NCBI GenBank assembly: GCA_037927135.1
Contig: JAXSPP010000007.1
Location: 1-64,000, forward strand
Direction: 5' to 3'
Origin: Candidatus Pampinifervens sinense
GTDB taxonomy: Bacteria; Aquificota; Aquificia; Aquificales; Aquificaceae
Length of the DNA stretch: 64,000 nucleotides
Shown here: piece after piece, positions 57,239 to 64,000 of the stretch
How the letters are laid out: each line of letters starts with the position of its first letter
How positions within the stretch are numbered: position 1 is the first letter of the stretch
Translations under genes and position numbers: made by a program
The notes under the pieces: generated by a model
Told to the model about the DNA's origin: nothing
What the model saw: only the letters and a program-made list of their open reading frames with translations
The model's database searches: none

Positions 57239-58648
57239 TTATGGCCCTATCTGCCTTAAGAAAGGTGGTATTTCCTCCGTCTTTAGCCATCCACACTCTT
57301 CCAAAGCCCTCTCTACGGACTCTCTTGACAGCCTTGTCCTCTCCATCAAAAGCTTTACAAACTCTTCCCTCCTACCTTTAAAGCCCTCTATCTCTTCATA
57401 GCTCACCTCTGGGAATCTGGATACTATCCTATCCTTTACTATGTTCCAAGCTGCAAGGTTGGAGTATAGGTTAAACTCCTTATTTCTGACTGTTTCTTTC
57501 ACCGTTAAAGATTTGAGGAATTCAATCCTCTCTGGCCTTATGGTTAAAATGGCCTCTGCCATAAGCGGGTCCACCGTATAGAAAATGCCAAAGAGCTTTC
57601 CAAGTATCCTCCTTTGAGTTCTTATCATCTGGTCCAGTATGTCCTGCACCTCTGGTTCCACCTTATCGTATATGAGCTCAAAGTAGTTTAGCTCTTCTAG
57701 TTCTAGGCCTCCTAGGTACCTTATAAAGTTGGCAAGCTCATGATAGCTTACAGATTCTCCTTTTATCTCTTCCTTTACCACTTCCTTTTTAGCTTCTCCG
57801 TAGTCAAGGACCACATCTGTGTGTATGGGTGGTATTATGTGGTAGGTTTCCGACTCCCATCCAGCCTTTCTAAGGATCTGCTCTGCCGCATCCATAGTGA
57901 TGTTATACTTCTGCATAAGAAGCCTCTTTAGACCTTCCCTGTCCTTTTTGTATTTGTCCAATTCTTCGTCCGGTATATCCACTTCCACATATACAAGCTT
58001 TTCTTTTCCATCCTCCACAAGGATGACATTCTTTCTACCCTTTATATGCCTCTTTATAAAGCTCCAATCCTCATCGGTCATTATAGGCTCTGGATGCCAC
58101 TCTTTGGACATTTCCTCTTCAAGCTCAAGGTATGGCACGCTCTCATACCACGTGGCTTTGTTTAGCTTAGACTCTATCACCTCTTCACTTTCTCCAAGCC
58201 TGTCTTTTACATACTCTATAAACTCTCTTCTTTTGAACTTAAACTTCTCTATCTCATCTAAGCTAAGCTCTGGAAAGAGGACCTTCAGCTTATACTTTAT
58301 AAAATCCCAGTTTCCAAAGAGGTTTTGTGGCTCAAGGGCTTCATAGCCATAGGGGTTTGTCCTCAAAAACTCAAAGTAATAGCCTATGAACTTCCTCACC
58401 CTTGGGTCTGTCAGCGCCAAGGTTTTTATAAAATCTGGGTCATAGAACTCTATTATGCTAAGTAGCCTTGCTATGTTTACCTTTTTAATGTTGTGAAGAT
58501 GGCAGAGCTCTACAGCATACTTTTTGGGTATATTATCTACACCGCAGTATTCGTTGAGCACGTCCATCTCCGACTTTAAAAGGCTTCTAAAGAAGGAAAG
58601 CTTTTCCCTTTTGGATAGGTTTTCTTTCATAAGGAGCACGCCCAACAT
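57239..58648 (-). CDS. Hypothetical multidomain protein: two ferritin-like (EncFtn/Flp-like) and three CsbD-like repeats
   Basis: Long ORF with GGGAGGTG RBS; internal repeats; domain resemblance judged by eye. Confidence 0.65.
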   Translation of the reverse strand: MLGVLLMKENLSKREKLSFFRSLLKSEMDVLNEYCGVDNIPKKYAVELCHLHNIKKVNIARLLSIIEFYDPDFIKTLALTDPRVRKFIGYYFEFLRTNPYGYEALEPQNLFGNWDFIKYKLKVLFPELSLDEIEKFKFKRREFIEYVKDRLGESEEVIESKLNKATWYESVPYLELEEEMSKEWHPEPIMTDEDWSFIKRHIKGRKNVILVEDGKEKLVYVEVDIPDEELDKYKKDREGLKRLLMQKYNITMDAAEQILRKAGWESETYHIIPPIHTDVVLDYGEAKKEVVKEEIKGESVSYHELANFIRYLGGLELEELNYFELIYDKVEPEVQDILDQMIRTQRRILGKLFGIFYTVDPLMAEAILTIRPERIEFLKSLTVKETVRNKEFNLYSNLAAWNIVKDRIVSRFPEVSYEEIEGFKGRREEFVKLLMERTRLSRESVERALEECGWLKTEEIPPFLRQIGP

Positions 58649-58735
58649 CCTTCTCACCTCCCTTACCTTTTAAGTTATGATCTTAAGTTTTCAAGACAAT
58701 AAAAGTTTCTTATGAGGCTATAATAACTTAGTGTT

Positions 58736-59428
58736 ATGGAATGTGTAGCTTCCTTTGATATTGAAACCTTCTGCCCCATTGAAAGACTCTCCCAAGAGGA
58801 CCTTCTTTACCTTATAGGTAGGAAAGAACATGCATCAAAAGAAAAGCTATACAGAGAGCTCTCTACAAACCCCTATGTCTCTTACCTTATCTCCTTCTCC
58901 TTATTCTTTATAGACTCAAACAGGGCGGAGGTTTACTACATCTCTGATAAAGAGGAAAGGAAAAAGGAAGAATACAGTATAAAGGACAGGATCATAAAGG
59001 TGGAATATTGCTCAGTGGTTTACCATCCGGAGATTTCCTTTGCAGAAAGGAAGATCCTTGAGATGTTTTGGGATAGACTTGGTGAAGTGCAAAGACTTAT
59101 AACCTTTTACGGCGAAGATTTTGATATGGAGTTTATAAAGGTAAGAACCATAATACATAACCTAAAACCTCAAACCTTTCTCCTCTATCTACAATCTAAA
59201 CATCCACAAGTTTTGGATATATCAAAGTTTTTCAAAGTTGGGAAAAACCATTATTCTCTCAGTTTTATATCTACAAAGCTTAACATTCCCATAGATAAAG
59301 GTGAGATGGAAGGTTCAAAGGTGAGGGAAGCCTTTCTCAAGGGTAGATACAGGGATATAGCTGAATACAATCTTAGGGATGCTCTAATAACCGGCATGCT
59401 GTACGAAAGGATAAAGGAATACATTTAA
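58736..59428 (+). CDS. PolB-related DnaQ-like 3'-5' exonuclease
   Basis: ExoI FDIET, ExoII TFYG..FD, ExoIII YNLRD. Confidence 0.8.
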   Translation: MECVASFDIETFCPIERLSQEDLLYLIGRKEHASKEKLYRELSTNPYVSYLISFSLFFIDSNRAEVYYISDKEERKKEEYSIKDRIIKVEYCSVVYHPEISFAERKILEMFWDRLGEVQRLITFYGEDFDMEFIKVRTIIHNLKPQTFLLYLQSKHPQVLDISKFFKVGKNHYSLSFISTKLNIPIDKGEMEGSKVREAFLKGRYRDIAEYNLRDALITGMLYERIKEYI

Positions 59429-59480
59429 AGCTTGTTTGGAAGGTTTAAAAGGCTTATATTTAAAGTTAAGGAGGTTTTGT

Positions 59481-60617
59481 ATGTCTTTGAAGCCTTTAAA
59501 GCTTAGAAACAAGGTTGTGCCCATACCTATAATACAAGGTGGGATGGGGGTAGGCATATCTTGGGAAAGGTTGGCGGGAGCTGTAGCAAAGGAAGGTGCA
59601 GTAGGCGTGGTTTCCGCCGTTGGAACTGGCTATAGATACCCTGAGCTTGTCAAAAGGGATAAGTTTGGAAGACCTATAGGTTCCATATACACCCATAATA
59701 AGGAGGCCTTAACGAGGATAATAAAGGAGGCAAAAAGGATATCAGAAGGCAATGGTGCCATAGCTGTAAATATACTCTGCGCCATAACAGATTATGGCAG
59801 GGTGGCTGTGGATGCGGTAGAAGCTGGAGCGGATGCCATAATATCCGGTGCAGGCCTTCCGTTAAAACTTCCAGAATACGTAGGAGATGCGGATGTGGCT
59901 TTAATTCCCATAGTGTCTTCAGCAAGGGCCTTAAACCTTATATGCAGAACATGGGAAAAAAGATATAAAAGGCTTCCAGATGCAGTGGTATTAGAAGGTC
60001 CAAAGTCTGGAGGCCATCAAGGCTTTAAATATGAGGAGTGTTTTATGCCCGAATACCAGCTTGAAAACCTTTTTCCTTCCGTTCTTGAGGAGGCAAAAAA
60101 GTGGGGTGATATACCTGTTATAGTGGCTGGCGGCATTTGGAGCTATAGGGATATAGTCTATTACATGGAAAGGGGGGCAAGCGGTGTTCAGATAGCCACC
60201 CGTTTTATAGCCACCTTTGAGTGTGATGCGCCACCCATATATAAAGAAGTGCTTCTTAGCGCAGAAGAGGAGGACATCATACTTTTCAAGTCTCCAGTGG
60301 GCTATCCATTGAGGGTTGTAAAAACTCCCTTTATTGAAAGATTGCTTGCAGGCTACAACGGATGGAACGGGTGCGTTTCTCACTGCATAACTCCATGCAA
60401 CAAAGGAGAGGAAGCAAAAAAGGTAGGCTTTTGTATAGCCGATAGGCTGGGTGCGGCCTGGTTGGGCAACTACGAAGAAGGTATATTTATAAGCGGAGCA
60501 AACGGACATCTTTTGAAGAAACAGGGTATAATAAGCGTAAAGGAGTTGATTGAGATATTAACAGGCAAAAGACCTGATCCTACATTAGAGGAGAGCAAGG
60601 AGGGGTGCCATGTTTAG
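59481..60617 (+). CDS. Nitronate monooxygenase/FabK-family flavoprotein, FabX-like
   Basis: [16 protein letters not shown]-x3-C-x3-C-x11-C cluster motif. Confidence 0.85.
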   Translation: MSLKPLKLRNKVVPIPIIQGGMGVGISWERLAGAVAKEGAVGVVSAVGTGYRYPELVKRDKFGRPIGSIYTHNKEALTRIIKEAKRISEGNGAIAVNILCAITDYGRVAVDAVEAGADAIISGAGLPLKLPEYVGDADVALIPIVSSARALNLICRTWEKRYKRLPDAVVLEGPKSGGHQGFKYEECFMPEYQLENLFPSVLEEAKKWGDIPVIVAGGIWSYRDIVYYMERGASGVQIATRFIATFECDAPPIYKEVLLSAEEEDIILFKSPVGYPLRVVKTPFIERLLAGYNGWNGCVSHCITPCNKGEEAKKVGFCIADRLGAAWLGNYEEGIFISGANGHLLKKQGIISVKELIEILTGKRPDPTLEESKEGCHV

Positions 60618-61398
60618 AGCCTTATGGACATCGGCCTCAGGTATGATAGCTCAGCAAACAAACCTTGATGTGATATCCCACAACATGGCCAATGTAAACA
60701 CGGTAGGCTACAAAAAGATGAGACCAACATTCCAAGACCTTATCTATCAAACGATCAGAGACCCAGGGGCTCCAACCTCTCCCGCTACCCGTAATCCTTC
60801 CGGATTCCAAATAGGCTTAGGAACCTATGTATCGGACACCTACGGTATATTTACCCAAGGTAACATAATTCAAACGGGGAACACCCTTGACATAGCTATT
60901 CAAGGTGATGGCTTCTTCAAGGTGGTTATGCCCGACGGTACCATAGCCTACACTAGGAATGGTCAATTTAGGCTTGACGCGGATGGAAGGATAGTTAACC
61001 CCGATGGCTATCCTTTAGACCCGGAGATAACCATACCACCGGATGCCATAAGTATAGGCATAGGGCCGGACGGCACCGTAACCGTTCTCAGACAGGGTGC
61101 CACAACGGTGGAAGAGGTTGGAAGGATAGAGCTTGCAAAGTTTGTAAACCCGGCTGGCCTTCGCAGGATTGGCAACAACCTATTTATACAAACGGATGCC
61201 TCTGGAGAACCCATCGTGGACAATCCAGGAAACCAAGGCCTAGGAACACTGCTACAAGGCTATTTGGAATCATCCAACGTGAACATAGTGGAAGAAATGG
61301 TAAACCTTATAATAGCACAAAGGGCCTTTGAGTTTAACACTAAGGGTATAGTTGCGGCTGATGAAATGCTTGGCCAAACGGCCAATCTAAGAAGATAG
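60610..61398 (+). CDS. flgG: Flagellar basal-body distal rod protein
   Basis: NMANVNT.GYK, FQDL.YQ, YTRNG, LESSNV..VEEM. Confidence 0.95.
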   Translation: MFRALWTSASGMIAQQTNLDVISHNMANVNTVGYKKMRPTFQDLIYQTIRDPGAPTSPATRNPSGFQIGLGTYVSDTYGIFTQGNIIQTGNTLDIAIQGDGFFKVVMPDGTIAYTRNGQFRLDADGRIVNPDGYPLDPEITIPPDAISIGIGPDGTVTVLRQGATTVEEVGRIELAKFVNPAGLRRIGNNLFIQTDASGEPIVDNPGNQGLGTLLQGYLESSNVNIVEEMVNLIIAQRAFEFNTKGIVAADEMLGQTANLRR

Positions 61399-61413
61399 TG
61401 TATAATTAAAGGC

Positions 61414-61887
61414 ATGGCTGAAGAAGCAAAGGAGGCCAGGGAGGAGAAAAAGGGGAAGTCAAAGCTAATCTTAATAGTAGGGCTTCTTCTGATAATCTTG
61501 GCTGGTGCCTCTGGTACATACTTTTTCTTCTTTGTCAAAAAGGGTAAAAAGGAAGATAAAGTGCCATTGCCTTCCCAAGTAGGTGTTATGATGGAAGTGG
61601 GCACCTTTACGGTGAACTTGGCTGATAAGGATGTGGATGCTTATGCAAGGGTATCCATAACCTTGGAACTATCCGACGAAAAGGTGCGCCAAGAGGTAGA
61701 AAAAAGGCTCCCCATAATAAAGGATGCCATAATTGATGTTATAAGCAGCAAGACCTCTTCTTTTGTAAAGACACCGGAAGGAAGGGAAAGCCTAAGGTTG
61801 GAGCTTATAAAGAGGATAAACACTATACTCTTTGAAGGCGGTGTAAGAAACATATACTTTACAGAGTTTGTGGTACAGACCACATGA
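61414..61887 (+). CDS. fliL: Flagellar basal body-associated protein
   Basis: Single TM, FTVNL, YFTEFVVQ. Confidence 0.92.
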   Translation: MAEEAKEAREEKKGKSKLILIVGLLLIILAGASGTYFFFFVKKGKKEDKVPLPSQVGVMMEVGTFTVNLADKDVDAYARVSITLELSDEKVRQEVEKRLPIIKDAIIDVISSKTSSFVKTPEGRESLRLELIKRINTILFEGGVRNIYFTEFVVQTT

Positions 61888-62159
61888 CAGACCTCTTCTT
61901 TAACCTTTTGCGCGTTCTTATCTCCTTAGCCATAGTGATAGTCCTTATACTAATCCTCTTGCCCTATCTTGTCCCTTTGCTACAAAAGTGGAGATGGGCA
62001 AAGGAAGATAAAGATTCTAGCGTAAAGCTAAAGAGGATTATCCCAATAGGTAGAAACATGTTCTTAATTGAGCTTGAGATAAAAGGGAGGCTTTTTGTAG
62101 TAGCTATCAACGAAAAAGCTGTAGAGGTAATCTACAAAGATGAAGTGGTTTCTGATTAA
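61884..62159 (+). CDS. fliO: Flagellar biosynthesis protein FliO
   Basis: N-terminal TM and position between fliL and fliP. Confidence 0.7.
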   Translation: MTDLFFNLLRVLISLAIVIVLILILLPYLVPLLQKWRWAKEDKDSSVKLKRIIPIGRNMFLIELEIKGRLFVVAINEKAVEVIYKDEVVSD

Positions 62160-62871
62160 CCTTCTGATGATCAGCTTGGCCTTCTCCCAGCAGATACTGC
62201 CAAATGTAGAACTGAGGATAGGAACAGGACAGCTTGATACTTCAATAAGGCTCCTTATACTCCTTACCATACTTTCTCTTGCACCATCCATACTCATAAT
62301 GACCACCTCTTTTATAAGGATAGTTATCGTCCTTTCATTGCTTAGGCAGGCCCTTGGCACACCCACAGTTCCTCCTAACCAAGTAATAATCTCCCTTGCC
62401 CTATTTTTAACCTTCTTCATCATGAAACCTGTGTTTGATCAGATAAACCAAGAAGCCCTTCAACCCCTTTTGAAAAACCAGATAACTGATAGAGAGTTCT
62501 TTGAAAGAAGCACAAGCATAATGAAGGATTTTATGATAAAGAATACACGTAAGGAGAGCCTAAAGGTTTTTCTTGATATGGCAAACCTCCCAAAGGAAGA
62601 AAAGGAGAAGATAAAAAGCCCTAAGGATATCCCCCTTAGCGTGGTAATACCAGCCTTTATGGTCAGCGAGATAACGGTAGCCTTTCAAATAGTATTCCTT
62701 CTGTATCTTCCCTTCCTCATAATAGACCTTGTGGTAGCCTCCATACTCATATCCATAGGTATCCTCATGATACCTCCACAGATCATATCCCTACCCTTTA
62801 AGATCATGCTCTTTGTTCTTGCAAACGGGTGGGAGCTGGTGGTATTATCTCTTGTAAGGAGCTACCAATGA
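62140..62871 (+). CDS. fliP: Flagellar export protein FliP
   Basis: MTTSFIRI.IVLS.LRQALG, PPNQV, SLPFK..LF. Confidence 0.96.
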   Translation: MKWFLINLLMISLAFSQQILPNVELRIGTGQLDTSIRLLILLTILSLAPSILIMTTSFIRIVIVLSLLRQALGTPTVPPNQVIISLALFLTFFIMKPVFDQINQEALQPLLKNQITDREFFERSTSIMKDFMIKNTRKESLKVFLDMANLPKEEKEKIKSPKDIPLSVVIPAFMVSEITVAFQIVFLLYLPFLIIDLVVASILISIGILMIPPQIISLPFKIMLFVLANGWELVVLSLVRSYQ

Positions 62872-63137
62872 GCCCGGATATGGTTGTGTCCCTTGGACAA
62901 AAAGCCCTGGAGATGGCCCTAATCCTATCAGCACCAGTCCTTATCATAACTTTCCTTGTAGGTCTTGTAATCAGCATACTTCAGTCAGCCACCCAGATAC
63001 AGGAGATGACCCTAAGCTATATACCAAAGATAATAGCAGCCTATATAACTGTGCTCTTGCTTGGAGCGTGGATGCTGAACAAGCTCCTTGATTATACAAA
63101 GGAGATCATCATCAATATACCCACTTGGCTCCGATGA
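62868..63137 (+). CDS. fliQ: Flagellar export protein FliQ
   Basis: QSATQIQEMTLSYIPK. Confidence 0.95.
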   Translation: MSPDMVVSLGQKALEMALILSAPVLIITFLVGLVISILQSATQIQEMTLSYIPKIIAAYITVLLLGAWMLNKLLDYTKEIIINIPTWLR

Positions 63138-63892
63138 GCCTTGATATAAACACCCTTCTTACCCTCTTTATCATATATGTGAGGGTCCTCAGCTTCCTTA
63201 TAATGGTTCCCATCTTTGGCAAGGAAACTCTACCACCTACCTTTAAGCTCTTTTTAGCAACGGCCATAAGCTTTTCCCTTTTTCTCTACTATGAGATAGA
63301 ACCTTCCCATTTTCCAACGACTGCGCACCTTATGCTTGCCTTTTTGAAGGAGTTTATCTTTGGTTTTACAGCTGGCCTTTTACTTAGGCTCATCTTTGAT
63401 GCTATGCATATAGCCGGTGAGTTCATAAGCGTAAACATGGGGTTAGGTCTAGCAACAGTCTTTAACCCTCAACAGCCTCAAACTACTATAATCTCTTCCT
63501 TTTTTTCCCTCCTTGCCACATTGCTTTTTCTAGCCATAGGTGGTGCGGAGATAATCCTCCTTTCCCTTGGCAAGAGCCTTGAGAAAATTCCTCCTGGCTC
63601 TTTCAATCTTTACGATATAAACCCACAGCTACTACTGGACTTCTTTTATGAAAGCTTCCTTTTAGCCTTTAAAGTTTCCTTACCCATAATAGCCGTAATG
63701 CTACTTTTGAATATAGTGCTTGCTCTGATAAACAGGTTCATACCACAGATAAACGTTTTTATGGTAGGGTTGCCTATACAGATCTTCTTAGGGCTTTTGA
63801 TATTAACCCTTGCCACACCTTTTATACTATGGTCCTTTTCCACCCATCTAAAGGAGTATATAATTAGGTCTATAGCCCTTTTGGGTGGCTAG
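63134..63892 (+). CDS. fliR: Flagellar export protein FliR
   Basis: AG..I...MGL, RFIPQINVF.VG.P. Confidence 0.93.
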   Translation: MSLDINTLLTLFIIYVRVLSFLIMVPIFGKETLPPTFKLFLATAISFSLFLYYEIEPSHFPTTAHLMLAFLKEFIFGFTAGLLLRLIFDAMHIAGEFISVNMGLGLATVFNPQQPQTTIISSFFSLLATLLFLAIGGAEIILLSLGKSLEKIPPGSFNLYDINPQLLLDFFYESFLLAFKVSLPIIAVMLLLNIVLALINRFIPQINVFMVGLPIQIFLGLLILTLATPFILWSFSTHLKEYIIRSIALLGG

Positions 63893-63894
63893 GT

Positions 63895-64000
63895 ATGGCA
63901 CAGGAGAATAAGACGGAGAAGGCCACACCTTACAGGCGTAGAAAGCTTAGGGAGGAGGGAAATGTAGCAAAGAGCCCAGAGCTTGCTTCATCCCTTTTGG
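63895..64000 (+). CDS. flhB: Flagellar export protein FlhB, 5' part (truncated by window)
   Basis: Manual translation MAQENKTEKATPYRRRKLREEGNVAKSPEL. Confidence 0.88.
   Translation, partial: MAQENKTEKATPYRRRKLREEGNVAKSPELASSLL

Noticed and set aside
57239-57277. C-terminal EEIPPFLRQ as an FtsZ-tail mimic
   Set aside because: Similar W-x(n)-[IV]P segments follow the other two CsbD-like repeats, so it is probably part of the repeat unit
141-63843. Numerous antisense and alternative-frame ORFs of 60-200 aa
   Set aside because: They overlap well-supported genes, are Ser/Phe/Pro-rich as expected for antisense of purine-rich genes, and have no motifs

Overview
Gene-dense chromosomal segment of a (hyper)thermophilic bacterium, most likely Aquificaceae (Thermocrinis/Hydrogenobacter-like). 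Supporting traits: reverse gyrase, archaeal-type MetK and ApgM, rpmH-yidD-yidC without rnpA, split atp and nuo clusters, and an H. thermophilus-like cytochrome c552 domain. About 75 mostly housekeeping CDSs cover fatty acid, quinone, Arg/Ile-Val/NAD/biotin/riboflavin synthesis, LPS, ribosomal proteins, complex I and flagellar export. I saw no tRNA, rRNA, CRISPR array or mobile-element gene. Three things stand out. (1) A family 1 encapsulin is coupled to a VWA protein and has no adjacent cargo gene; about 8 kb away is an unannotated 470-aa protein that appears to consist of two degenerate encapsulated-ferritin-like domains plus three CsbD-like domains. (2) A 543-bp non-coding island between convergent bioB and comM carries 11 exact TGTGAAATT boxes in mirror orientation, an 84-bp higher-order repeat, IHF-like sites and an AT-rich tract (candidate oriC or other nucleoprotein site). 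(3) A CstX-like Cys-Cys protein and an ArsA ATPase are coupled to a tethered cytochrome c instead of cstA. All family calls are by eye from motifs; no searches were run.
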